Origin: Macrostomum hystrix
Lineage: Eukaryota; Animalia; Platyhelminthes
Direction: 5' to 3'
DNA length: 64,000 nt
NCBI GenBank assembly: GCA_950097015.1
Contig: CATNEN010000038.1
Location: 4,030,001-4,094,000 of the forward strand
Made by a program: the position numbers and the translations under genes. Each line of letters begins with the position of its first letter. Position 1 is the first letter of the stretch. Positions 36,628 through 48,115 of this stretch are shown in pieces. The notes under the pieces are model-generated. The model was given only the letters and a program-made list of their open reading frames with translations. It was not told where the DNA came from and searched no databases.

Positions 36628-37692
36628 CTCTCAAATCCTATGTAAGTTGAGCGTCTTAAAACCTATATGTCTATTCTTAATCTTACTCTTACATGAGTTT
36701 TATTTTAATATTTGAACTGCAAAGGCCTAAAGCTAGCAAAAAACTGAAAATTTTACAGTTTAAAGTAGATTTAGACCTAACTGTTTGAAAATATGTACCT
36801 GTTTAGGGTTCTTAATTATTCTTAAAAGTTTCAATAGGCAATATTCGGTTTCAAAGACTGTTTCGACATAAGACTGACGGACGCACTTATATTACCTTGT
36901 TTTCGTTTACAAACGTCTCTAAATTCCCAGAAAGTTCTTAGAAAATAAGAAACATTGGGTTTTCAAGAATGCTTGTATCTGTAATAAACAAAGCGTACGG
37001 CCTTACTTATGCGCATGTGCGTCTTCTTGATTTGCCCCTGTAGTTTACCTCATGTTATTATGCTTTAATATTGATTATTAACTAAATTTTTGGGATGCCA
37101 ATATGGAAAAAATAATAAGCATCACTGCATGCGTACTATAACTAAGGAATACCCTTAGAATAACCACAAAAGGGTTCTAAGAGGCTTATTTACGTAGTAA
37201 ATAGTGTTTCATCAAATAGAGTCGAATAGGATGGTTGTTGGACACAACACAACTGTCTTCAACACAACTCCCTCAAAGACTTTTAGGGAGAAGTAATTAA
37301 ACTTTTTTCAGTGAAGTTAATTCAAACTATCTCCAAAATTTACATCCTCTTCCCCTTCCATCCCCTTTTTTACGTGACCCTGATCGCAAACCCATCTTCT
37401 ATTCTTAAATAATTTTAAGATTTATCATCTGTCCAATTCACCCACCTCCCTCATGCACTTGTCTAATTTACGTCTACTTTTTCGTTTCCACCCCTTCTCT
37501 TTGTTTTTGCCTATAAATTTTTTTGTCAGCGCGCAACCACCCCTGTCTCGTCTCCTTATGCTTTTACTGGTAATATAATGCTCTTACTGGTAATAAATAA
37601 AACTCGTCACTGCGCCTGTCATTTCCTATTCTCTATTTTTATGTCATAAATCATTGCGTAACATTTGATTTAATCCAAGTCCATCCATCCAA

Positions 37693-38631
37693 TGTCGTAA
37701 ATCCCCCGTGCGCCCACCCCATTCCCTTCTCAACCAATCACCGTCCGGCTGGCGGAGCACGGGATCCGGTTAAGTCTGTCAAGGTCGGGCTGATCACGCG
37801 ATCACGGCCTGTGTGCGTGACTTTGGCCCTATAAAACGATCGGTTGGTGCGCGGCCTTCTGCGACAGACGGGAACTTCCCCGTGTTTACCTAGGCTTTAC
37901 GGCCTGCCCTTGTCGTTGTGGTATTGTCATATGGGTTGAGACCTCGTCTTGCTTACATTGGCCTGAGAGCCTGAGCCGACCTCTCGGACCACCTGAGGCC
38001 TTCATCTTCGACACAGCACCCACACCGTCTTGTTGCCGCCGCCTCCTCGAGCGATCACCTCTCCTAGAGCCCGAGTCGCGCCGCCGCATCGCCCGACTTG
38101 ACAGCAGCCGCAAGTTAAGCTCTGCCGCCGGACCGGTAAACCTCGTATCTAATCCTTGCAATTAATCTATTTGGGTTTTGCCTAATTGCGTTAGTTTTAA
38201 CTATCCTCCCATCTTCGTCTCTTTCTCAACTAAACATTACCTTTCTTGTTGAACTAATAATGACCAGACCTTGGAGCTTATATTAATTTAACAATCTAGG
38301 AGCAAAACTAAATCTCCAGCCCAAGTCTTTTGTATTTCTCATTTGCCCTTCAGCAGGGCCAAGGGCGAGTAGACTTGTGCGCTGCTGCAGAAGCTGGTCA
38401 GAAGTCTGTTGTGCTGTCCCGTGGTGGCTGGTGGCAGCTCTGCCTAGCAGGTCCTACCTTCTCACAACCCTGGTCCTTTCGCCCTTGGTCCCTAGGATCT
38501 TGGCCACTCAGTCATACCCAAAGGTGTTAATATCATAAAAGGTGGAGTAGTTACGGGGGATGAGACCCGTTTCTCCCGTTTCTATGGGAGCGGGTAGCGC
38601 CTGGTGAAGTGAGACGCGACAAGGGGCGACA
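37693..38631. mobile_element. Possible solo LTR
   Basis: GC-rich island bounded by TGTCG...CGACA, with internal CCAAT (37734) and TATAAAA (37830). No matching TSD found. Confidence 0.25.
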
Positions 38632-39039
38632 TCATTTTCCCTTTCGAGATGGTTTTAATCAAGTGCACGTGCAGCATGCAATAAGGCATTTAATAAAAGG
38701 CCCCATTTCATTAAAGCTTATGCGTGCAGTTTTAGGGCGCAAATACTGATTTTAACGTATCCATTTGTGTTAACAGAGCACGTTACGTAATAAAGATTTT
38801 TTTATTTATATATTTAAACGGTCATATAAGCATCGATCATGCCCTTGACTCATGCTCTGCTAATTTTGTACCAGCTCCAAGCTAAGCGTCTCAGAAAATT
38901 CTGCCATAGACAACTTTACGTTTCCAAGCGCTTTTGCTGAAAATTGAAGCGAAGTCGCGAAGCAACAAACAATTTTTTTTGCAGAAAGCTTAAAGTTCAC
39001 ACAGATTCTCTCGCTTCGTTTAGCTGCCAAATAAATACG

Positions 39040-39531
39040 ATGGCCGAGTCTGGTGACGTATTAGCAAATATTCGCAGCGAGAAGCAGGTTCTTGATGAAT
39101 TGAAACTGGAGCGAGACAACATATTCAAGGAGCTGGACCCCAGCAACAGCGGTGTTATCTCATTCGAGGACGTATACAAAAACTTGTACAAGAACAACGA
39201 GGATTTCAAGGGGCCGACACTGTTTATGTTTAAGACTGTCGGTGGCAATAAGCGGGAAGGCCACTTCACTCAAGAAGAATTCCTGGCATTTCTGAAGTTC
39301 ACGCAGCCGGAGTTCAGAGGCGAAAGGCAGAGGCTCATTTTCCGCGCCTTCGACCTCGGCAAGCGCGGCTACGTCACTAAGGACAACCTGCGCCAGGTGT
39401 TCACTGAGGAGTACGGGTTGGAGCCGAAATTCGACTTCGAGTACATCTTCGAAGAGGCTGACGATGACGGCGATGACAAGCTCAACTTTGAGGAGTTTCA
39501 AAAGTTCATGAAGAGCTACGAGATGTTTTAA
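39040..39531 (+). CDS. Intronless calmodulin-like EF-hand protein (163 aa)
   Basis: ATG at 39040 (MAESGD...). EF-hand loops DPSNSGVISFED and DDDGDDKLNFEE, with degenerate loops GGNKREGHFTQEE and DLGKRGYVTKDN; FRAFD motif. Confidence 0.85.
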   Translation: MAESGDVLANIRSEKQVLDELKLERDNIFKELDPSNSGVISFEDVYKNLYKNNEDFKGPTLFMFKTVGGNKREGHFTQEEFLAFLKFTQPEFRGERQRLIFRAFDLGKRGYVTKDNLRQVFTEEYGLEPKFDFEYIFEEADDDGDDKLNFEEFQKFMKSYEMF

Positions 39532-39919
39532 TTAATAAGACAATGAAGCCACTGCTATAGAACTAAATAGTGAAGATAAATGAATGTTTTTCATTTCAAC
39601 CAAATCAACGCTGGTCCACATCGCTAGACAGTCCTTTGCATTATAGAATCTATGTTACAATGTAGCAACCACAAACAGGAAAGTCTGCAAATTGTACTGC
39701 ACTCCATTTCACAATATTGTAACTGCAGTGTACTTAGCTATTAAATATAACTCCACAGCTCTGAAGACGTAATTATATATTATTAAATCTGCATGTGATT
39801 CACCTCTTGAATTCCTTTCTAACCTTGTACGCGAATGCTAGTACACCCTTTCACTGGTGCACTGGTGCATTGGTGATCAGTTTTTGCCTGGAGATGCTTC
39901 TGAACAATATTTACCTTAA

Positions 39920-40190
39920 GCAGGTTGCAGCCTAGTGGGTTGAGGCGTCCGACTCATCACTTGAAGGTTGCGGTTCGATTCCTGACTCCACTGGAACAAT
40001 TTGTGTCCTTTAGCAAAGTACTCAACTCTGCTAATTGCTTCAGTTCTGACAATTACTTCTGACAAAGAGGCCGGAAGTTCGAGTCTTAGCCTGAGAAATA
40101 AGCCTACCAGCATTAGCTTAGGCAGAAATTTAGATACAACAGGCATTGGAAGCACCTCACGAGAGCTGCGGCTGTGCCACTGGCTATACG
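39920..40190 (+). mobile_element. SINE family B copy
   Basis: GCAGCCTAGTGG (A-box-like), GGTTCGATTCC (B box), AATTTGTGTCCTTTAGCAAAGTACT...TTGCTTCAGTTC, and 3' AGCTGCGGCTGTGCCACTGG matching the 19300 copy. Confidence 0.7.
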
Positions 40191-40358
40191 AATTCGAACT
40201 TATATGTAATCACAAAAATCGAACATTTGCGAAAGATTTCGATGGTTAAGCTGACTACTGCAAGCAGTTAAAATGTTTCACTAATGAGAAATAGAACAAT
40301 AAATTAACTTGGCCGACAGGGCGAAATTCCGAAAACAGCGGTCACTGAAAGTCGAGCC

Positions 40359-41631
40359 TCAACTGACAGTCTTCCTGATCCAGTCGACGAACGACTGCAC
40401 CCTGGTGAACACGCCAGGCCGCTTGTCTGCAGCGCAGCCCTCACCCCAGCTGGAAACGCCCTGCAGTCGCCAGTAGCCGTCGTCCTTGCACATCAGCGGA
40501 CTGCCCGAGTCACCCTGGCACCTGCCGTAGCCGCCCTGCTCAGAGCCGGCGCAGATTATGCTGTCGGTGATCAGGCCAGGGTAGTGCTCACTGTCACCGC
40601 AGATCGAGTTGGGCACAATCGGCACCTTCAAGTGCTGCAGGTGCAACGAAAGATCCACAGGAATCTGATCGTCATCGGCTCTGATCTCCCAGCCGGCGAC
40701 GAAGCAGTTCGCGGTGGTCGACACCGGCTCGGTGGGCAGGCAGCTCGGAAGCACACTTGAGTTGTAATTCAGCGGAGACTCCAGCTGCAGCAACGCGATG
40801 TCGTTCCCAATGTTACTCCTGACGTAGCGCGGATGAATGACGATCTTGACGATTTGGCGAATCTGCGGCGTAGGTTCCTGTGAATCGCGAGCGTGCCGAC
40901 CCACCTCGATTGTCAGCAAGCCTGGTTCGCTGGCCCACACTTCTTCGACACAGCGGGCGGCAGTCACGATCCAGTTTCTGTTGATGATCGAGCCTGCGCA
41001 GATGTGCACGTCACCCAGCAGCTTCAAGGACGCCATCCAAGGCCAGCTGTGCGGAATAGCGTCCTTGCCTCCGACGATGCGGCTCTCATCTGGCACAATG
41101 GCTTGACGGCCGCAGCTCTCGAGTCCTCCTGAAATGCATCGAAGGATTCCAGTTCGTTACTAAATTTTGCTAGACAGTTGCCAGGCTTAGCCACTTTAGC
41201 GCGCATCTCAATAGAACTAACATGGCTCACTAGCTTTTTCACACTGTCAACAAATGAGACCAGAACACACTGTTTTACTTGCTTTTTTGACCTTTCATTT
41301 GAATATGACGAAAATGTACACCAAAATGAGCCAATTGATTACAGGTAAACAATCTTCGCAAATTTAAACCCTTAGCTTGAATTCTTTCCAATTTAACGTC
41401 TATGGGAACGTCTTGGCTTTCATTTTCAATGACGACACTCGCAGGCATTCAGTTCTGATACTGGCACAAATATAATCAAAGCGATACGGACAACTCACCG
41501 TTGTCGATGATCTGAGCGGTGGAGCCTTCCAGTGGGCTAGCAGTGACTGCAACCGTGCTCTCAGTGGTTACATTGACTTCAGCAGCTGCTGACATAAGCA
41601 GGCCGGCTGTGAGAAGGAGCTGCAGCCACAT
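40359..41631 (-). CDS. Secreted trypsin-family serine protease homolog, copy A (His57->Arg, predicted inactive; 300 aa)
   Basis: Exon 41631-41499 encodes a signal peptide (MWLQLLLTAGLLMSAAA) and a Thr-rich linker. Exon 41128-40359 has CG...R|IVGG, TAARC (in place of TAAHC), NDIALL and GDSGSP. Confidence 0.9.
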
Positions 41632-42264
41632 GCTTGACTTTGCAAAGGAGCTGTTCTGCTTGGATATCGGGATGATAAACTTGACTGGGAAAGACCGCTT
41701 TCGAGTTCTATTTATTGACAGTGGAAGTAGCGAAGCCACGTCGAGACAGTTCAACGTGCCATTCGACTTTAGACCTTTTATGTAATAGATTTCAATTAAC
41801 TTGCATTAACTTTTCCGGACTAATTATGACTGACTTGATGAGCAGTAATTTGAAGCGAAAACAGTGTTACCTAATTCGCTTTCAATCATGCCATGCTGTC
41901 GATTCAGTTATAAAAAATAATTTTTTTCTGTGTTGAAAATTGGCGATAGACAATTTAGAATCAAGTCCGATTTTAACCATAAACAAGGCACTGGACTTTT
42001 TCAATGTTAGCTTCCAATTTTGAGGAGCACAGACGATTACTTTGAAGTCATCCTTGTGTCTAATGCTTGCTATATGTGTTAACGTACACTTACGACTTTA
42101 GCGACTTCGACTCTTCCACCTCTCGTCAACCTCTGGTCATCTTCTTTTCCTTTAGACTTTGCTTCAAAGCCATGATACAGTAAGATCGATTTCAGCTCCT
42201 ATTTTCTTTGACGCTTTTTGATTCTGCGCTTCTGGGAACCCTTTTTAACACCCAGCGTTTCAAG

Positions 42265-42852
42265 CTTGGATTTGGAAGGCCGTCACCTTGGATTTGGAAG
42301 GCCGTCACCTTGGATTTGGAAGGCCGTCACCTTGGATTTGGCAGGCCGTCACCTTGGATTTTGGGGAGGCCGTCACCTTGGATTTTGGGGAGGCCGTCAC
42401 CTTGGATTTTGGGGAGGCCGTCACCTTGGATTTGGGAGGCCGTCACCTTGGTATTTGGGGAGGCCGTCACCTTGGATTTAGGGGAGGCCGTCACCTTGGA
42501 TTCGGGGGGAGGCCGTCACCTTGGATTTGGGGGGAGGCCGTCACCTTGGATTTGGGGGGAGGCCGTCACCTTGGATTTGGGGGGAGGCCGTCACCTTGGA
42601 TTTGGGGGGAGGCCGTCACCTTGGATTTGGGGGGAGGCCGTCACCTTGGATTTGGGGGGAGGCCGTCACCTTGGATTTGGGGGGAGGCCGTCACCTTGGA
42701 TTTGGGGGGAGGCCGTCACCTTGGATTTGGGGGGAGGCCGTCACCTTGGATTTGGGGGGAGGCCTTCACCTTGGATTTGGGGGGAGGCCGTCACCTTGGA
42801 TTTGGGAGGCCGTCACCTTGGATTTGGGGGGAGGCCTTCACCTTGGATTTGG
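42265..42852. repeat. 21-24-bp G-rich minisatellite in the palindrome spacer, ~25 copies
   Basis: Unit GGAGGCCGTCACCTTGGATTT(G)n. Confidence 0.95.
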
Positions 42853-44159
42853 CAAGCCGAGCTAATGTCCTTCAAGGCCAGCTCCTTCGATGCCGGCTAG
42901 AAGACCATCTACAGCAATTGTGATTGCCTGCAGCTCTATCTGCAGTAATTGAAGAGGAGTTTGACGGATTTGCTTCCATTAAAAGTTTTCTTCAGCCTAC
43001 TCCTGATATTCTTTTTCGAACTGAGTTGGTGTGAAGTATCACGAGCAAATTTGGCCTAGCAAATGAGTCGGAAGGAGGCAGCCTTTTAACTTAATTATTT
43101 AGTTGTTCTGCTGAGTAGAACTGGCTTTGTCTATCTTTGATAGATACTAGCTTAAACTGATTCGGTCTGTGATCTAACTGAATCTTATGGCTATCGAGCG
43201 AAGTCTGCATGCGAGAAAGCGAAGAGCACGACGGGCTGACGACAAATTGAAGAGAGGTAAAAGATAGGTTGAAAAGAGGTTGAAGTGAAGCTGAAGAGAG
43301 GTTGTTGAGAGGTAGAAGCCGTTCCTTGCTCAGTAGATGTATGACAAGGATATCAGATGGAAATAGCCACATTTCAACCCGAGTGATTAGTGACAGACGT
43401 TAGTGATCTCGTGGCAGTTACTAAACAAAGTAACGAAGTACAAAATAAAGTACGTTCTAAAAAAATTCTGAGAGAATCGCTGACTAACTAAGTGAAAATA
43501 CGAAACTCTGATAATTTGTCAACTTGGAATTCGAGTTCGCCACTTTCGTGGACAGTTTTCTAACCTGGGGATGATTTATCAGCTTTGGAAAATACACAAA
43601 CTCAGGAAAGATAGTTAGGGGAAGTTGTTTAGCTCAGGTGTATATTTTAAACCCCCTATAAAGTTGAGACGGTATGGGGTTTACATTTAGCAAGCCTTAG
43701 AAACAAGGATGACCTCAAAGTAATCGTCCGCACTCCTCAAAAAATCATTCCGGGCTGACCTTGACAAAATCTAGAGCCTTCATCCATCGAAAGCAGAAAG
43801 TCAACTATTTTGATTAAGTTGCATTTATCAGAGTTATTTCAAAATTTGTTCATCAAAGTTCGCACGATGGAAAAGAAATTGATGAAAGAAACGAACTGCT
43901 AGCAGAGCAAAGCGAATTAGGTAACACTGTTTTCGCTTCAAATTACTGCTCATCAAGTCAGTCATAATTAGGCCGGAAAAGTTAATGCAAGTTAATTGAA
44001 ATCTATTACATAAAAGGTCTAAAGTGAAATGGCAGGTTGAACTGTCTCGACGTGGCTTCGCTACTTCCACTGTCAATAAATAGAACTCGAAAGCGGTCTT
44101 TCCCAGTCAAGTTTATCATCCCGATATCCAAGCAGAACAGCTCCTTTGCAAAGTCAAGC

Positions 44160-45432
44160 ATGTGGCTGCAGCTCCTTCTCACAGCCGGCCTGCTTATGTC
44201 AGCAGCTGCTGAAGTCAATGTAACCACTGAGAGCACGGTTGCAGTCACTGCTAGCCCACTGGAAGGCTCCACCGCTCAGATCATCGACAACGGTGAGTTG
44301 TCCGTATCGCTTTGATTATATTTGTGCCAGTATCAGAACTGAATGCCTGCGAGTGTCGTCATTGAAAATGAAAGCCAAGACGTTCCCATAGACGTTAAAT
44401 TGGAAAGAATTCAAGCTAAGGGTTTAAATTTGCGAAGATTGTTTACCTGTAATCAATTGGCTCATTTTGGTGTACATTTTCGTCATATTCAAATGAAAGG
44501 TCAAAAAAGCAAGTAAAACAGTGTGTTCTGGTCTCATTTGTTGACAGTGTGAAAAAGCTAGTGAGCCATGTTAGTTCTATTGAGATGCGCGCTAAAGTGG
44601 CTAAGCCTGGCAACTGTCTAGCAAAATTTAGTAACGAACTGGAATCCTTCGATGCATTTCAGGAGGACTCGAGAGCTGCGGCCGTCAAGCCATTGTGCCA
44701 GATGAGAGCCGCATCGTCGGAGGCAAGGACGCTATTCCGCACAGCTGGCCTTGGATGGCGTCCTTGAAGCTGCTGGGTGACGTGCACATCTGCGCAGGCT
44801 CGATCATCAACAGAAACTGGATCGTGACTGCCGCCCGCTGTGTCGAAGAAGTGTGGGCCAGCGAACCAGGCTTGCTGACAATCGAGGTGGGTCGGCACGC
44901 TCGCGATTCACAGGAGCCGACGTTGCAGGTTCGCCGAGTCGTAAAGATCATCGTTCATCCGCGCTACGTCAGTGACAGCATCGAGAACGACATCGCGTTG
45001 CTGCAGCTGGAGTCGCCGCTGAATTACGACTCAAGTGTGTTTCCGATCTGCCTGCCAACCGAGCCGGTGTCGACCACCGCGAACTGCTTCGTCGCCGGCT
45101 GGGGAATCAGAGCCGATGACGACCTTAGGCTTGCGAATCTGTCGCACAACCTGCAGCAGGTGATGGTGCCGATTGTGCCCAACTCGATCTGCGGTGACAG
45201 TGAGCACTACCCTGGCCTGATCACCAACAGCATGATCTGCGCCGGCTATGAGCAGGGTGGAGAAGATTCCTGCCAGAGCGACGCTGGCGGTCCGCTGATG
45301 TGCAAGGATGGCGGCTACTGGCGAGTGCAAGGCGTCACCAGCTGGAGCGTGGACTGCGCTGCGAATAAGCGGCCTGGCGTGTTCACCAGGGTGCAGTCGT
45401 TCGTTGCCTGGATCCAGAAGACCATCGGCTGA
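44160..45432 (+). CDS. Secreted trypsin-family serine protease homolog, copy B (His57->Arg and Ser195->Ala; 300 aa)
   Basis: Exons 44160-44292 and 44663-45432; IVGG, TAARC, NDIALL, DSCQSDAGGP. Inverted duplicate of copy A. Confidence 0.9.
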
Positions 45433-46223
45433 GACTCGACTTTTGTGACCGCTGTTTTTGGGGACTTAAACTGTCGACCTGGTTAATTTTACGTTTTCTC
45501 ATTGGTGGAAGATGTTTATCCGCTTTCATTAGTCCGCTTTGCTATCATCTTTACAACCATGGATTTTTTTTTGCAAAAGTTAAGATTTGTATTTTAGGAA
45601 GTTTTGAAATACAAAAAAATCATTAAAATCTAAGTCGTGCATTGCTGTGAACATGTGCGTCTCTTCTTCTGGTGAGTTAACCATTGCTTCCTTGGATGTT
45701 GACCAGTGTTCCAATAACTCCAATGACTTCTCCAGATTGCCTTTCGTATGGTGATTTGAACTTGCTGTGGGGAAACTCGCGTCTCCAGAGTCTTGATTTG
45801 TCGTGATGGTCTATTTGCAGCCATTTGCCGCTTGTTCTCTCTGTCGCGTTCTTCAATTGCATTGCTTGATGCTGCTTATCGAAGTATCTGAAAGAAAAAT
45901 TTTCCTGGAGATTCTCGTATAGCTCTGATAGGTGAGGATCTGTAATTTTAGAGCAGGCATCTCAGTTCCTGTTTGAGGTTTTTCTTGACTGCAAATTGGC
46001 TATGGCTTGCTTTGAGTCCTATTGAAGCGCTTGACTCCCGCGTTAGCTTGCGGCCAGTTTTATGAAGAAACTCAACAACTAGACGACCTTAGGCCATCAC
46101 GGGCCCTTGGCATTATTTAGTTACAACCAAACACAACAAAACCAAAATCCCACAAACCTGCGCTCGTACTTCTCTCATTTTTGCGAGGATTTGATGTCGA
46201 GAATTTTAATCCACTATTACCAC

Positions 46224-47219
46224 CATAGATTCTATATTATCTTATATCTTATATCTTATATTCTATATTATATTATGCAGCGCAGAACGGCGCCAAGGAG
46301 AGCTCTGAGCAGCTGACCTGTGCAGCGCAGAACGGTGCCAAGGAGAGCTCTGAGCAGCTGACCTGTGCAGCGCAGAACGGTGCCAAGGAGAGCTCTGAGC
46401 AGCTGACCTGTGCAGCGCAGAACGGCGCCAAGGAGAGCTCCGCAGCCACACCAGCCTGCGATGTCGTTGAAGTGCAGGAAGTCATCCCCTACATCGGCGG
46501 CTGGCTGCTGCGCAAGCTTCTGGTGTTCGACTGTGATTCATGCAAGCTGCTGCTCATGACGAGCGAATCTGCAGCCAGAATATTTGAGCATAGGGCCTTC
46601 GCGGACGCCAAGTTCGGCCTCACGCAGCCAACAGAAGAATGCGCAGCTGCTTTGGGTCAAATGGAGCAGCTGTTCCGGCAAGTGATGGCAGCCGCTTCAT
46701 CCCCTGATGGCGTCCTCGCATCGACTGTACACCGATTTGAGCAAGAGGATGTTACTCTGCCTTTCTGCCAAGAGCATTTGCGCGATGGCAACGCGCGAGC
46801 TAGGCGACTCTTCGTCAGAACTCGCCTGCATCACTGGTGCAGGCAGAGAATGAGGGCGATCCGGAGGGAGCGGGATTGCGTTGCAGCTAAGCGCAAGTTG
46901 AGCAAGTTGCAGTGACTTGCTGTGAGTTCTGTATCGATTTTGCTGAGAATTAAAGCTTAATCAATCGTCAAATTTGATGATATGTTGCACTCCGCCCTTT
47001 GATATTTTGTTTTTTTGCATTGTTCGTCCCTGATGATGGGCTCACTGTATCTATCAGGTCCAATATATCGTGAAAAAATCAGATAGGAATAAAAGCAAGC
47101 ATTTAATTGCTGATCGCTTGCTCCATAGGCACTTACTTGTCTGTGGTCAAAATTCCTGGGTTTTCGCGCAGCGGCCAGCTGGGGTATGAGTGGCGCATCT
47201 AGGTAATATATAATCTGTG
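46224..47219 (+). mobile_element. P-element/THAP9-type DNA transposon, internally deleted, carrying the transposase C-terminus (46472-46915)
   Basis: TIRs CATAGATTCTATATTA ... TAATATATAATCTGTG and a perfect 8-bp TSD ATTACCAC (46216-46223 and 47220-47227). The ORF shows the YIGGW..K...CxxC...GLxxP...E..F...C..H...R pattern of the P/THAP9 transposase C-terminal region. Confidence 0.85.
46276..46440. repeat. 45-bp tandem repeat, ~3.7 copies, inside the P-like element
   Basis: Unit TGCAGCGCAGAACGGTGCCAAGGAGAGCTCTGAGCAGCTGACCTG. Confidence 0.92.
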
Positions 47220-48115
47220 ATTACCACCATGTTTTCCTGACGGTACGCTCGTAGAAGTCAAATTAAATCAGTTTAGAATAATTTACATTATTTCTATGGT
47301 AGTTCTGTTAAAACAGTTATTTATATTTATACTTGATGGTTTATGAACCATTATTGTACGTTTTCCTTAATGTGGATCTCCACCTCTGTATCCTTCCTTC
47401 TTCCGATTCCTTCGAAACCTTTCGAGTGCTGTTCTAGCGTCCTTTAGTCGATTGTTTCAGTTAGTATACTGCTCTCTTCTTGATAGAAGCACCTACATTG
47501 AGCTCCCAGGCCAGAATTTTATGCTTGAAGGCGTCCTCAAATCCAATAATAGGCTTGTACATGCAATGTGATTATTTCACTAGTTTTTCATGCACCTTAC
47601 CTTCAAGTAGCTTTCGTTAATGAGTTCGAAAAGCAGGCCAGATAGAAGTGATCCACAAGCCAGTGACGAAGGTTGACTGCTGAATTCACTCCTTAAGTCA
47701 ATGGCTACTCAAATCAAGTCAATTGAAAGCGCCGAACAACAGCTTCAGCAATGCTACAAAATGTAAATTAGGCCCAACATTAGGTGAATTTGACATAAAT
47801 TTTCTATCTAGCGACGAGGCAAATTCAACGACTTCTATCCAAATGGCCAAAATAATTAGTAGATGTCTTAGGCCCCTTGAATTTTGAGTTTTTAAGTCAA
47901 AAAATGGTAAAAACTAAAGTTAATTACTCCGCAACACAAAACTTGCTTATTGGTTCTTTTTATTGTAATTTTAAAGCAAAAAGTACGAGCGTAATAAGGA
48001 ATTAAGCAAAAAGTAATTAAAAGTAATGAAGTTGACAATCGACGTAAAATCTATCACCCTAAAATTGCAAAATGTATTAAATATCTCGACAGCTTGAGTC
48101 ACTGAAAGTCAAGCC

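Larger units (their letters stand above)
40335..45455. repeat. Large inverted duplication: arms ~40335-41882 and ~43909-45455, ~2-kb spacer
   Basis: Homologous positions (start codons, splice sites, stops, promoter end) all sum to 85791, so there are no net indels between these landmarks. An older inner inverted match lies at 42019-42080 / 43680-43742. Confidence 0.95.
45630..47700 (-). mobile_element. Decayed Gypsy-type LTR retrotransposon pol fragments, interrupted by the P-like element
   Basis: Minus-strand peptides with stops and frameshifts: FEGIGRRKDTEVEIHIKENV (~47370-47430, pre-RT region); DFYE...MVVIVD*NSR spanning the P insertion site; WPQANAGVKRFNRT.KQAI...YRSSP..ESP (~45900-46060). 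These resemble the Gypsy integrase motifs VVVDYYSR, WPQANGxVERFNRT and YRxTP. Confidence 0.55.

Noticed and set aside
38944-39039. N-terminal extension of the EF-hand ORF from a TTG start
   Set aside because: Non-ATG start in a eukaryote; a splice acceptor at ~39023 precedes the ATG at 39040.
42860-43400. Possible retroelement ORF remnant in the palindrome spacer
   Set aside because: No recognisable motif in any frame; cannot be supported without a search.
44830-44842. RNA editing restoring the catalytic His in the proteases
   Set aside because: The codon is CGC; restoring CAC needs G-to-A, which is not A-to-I or C-to-U editing.
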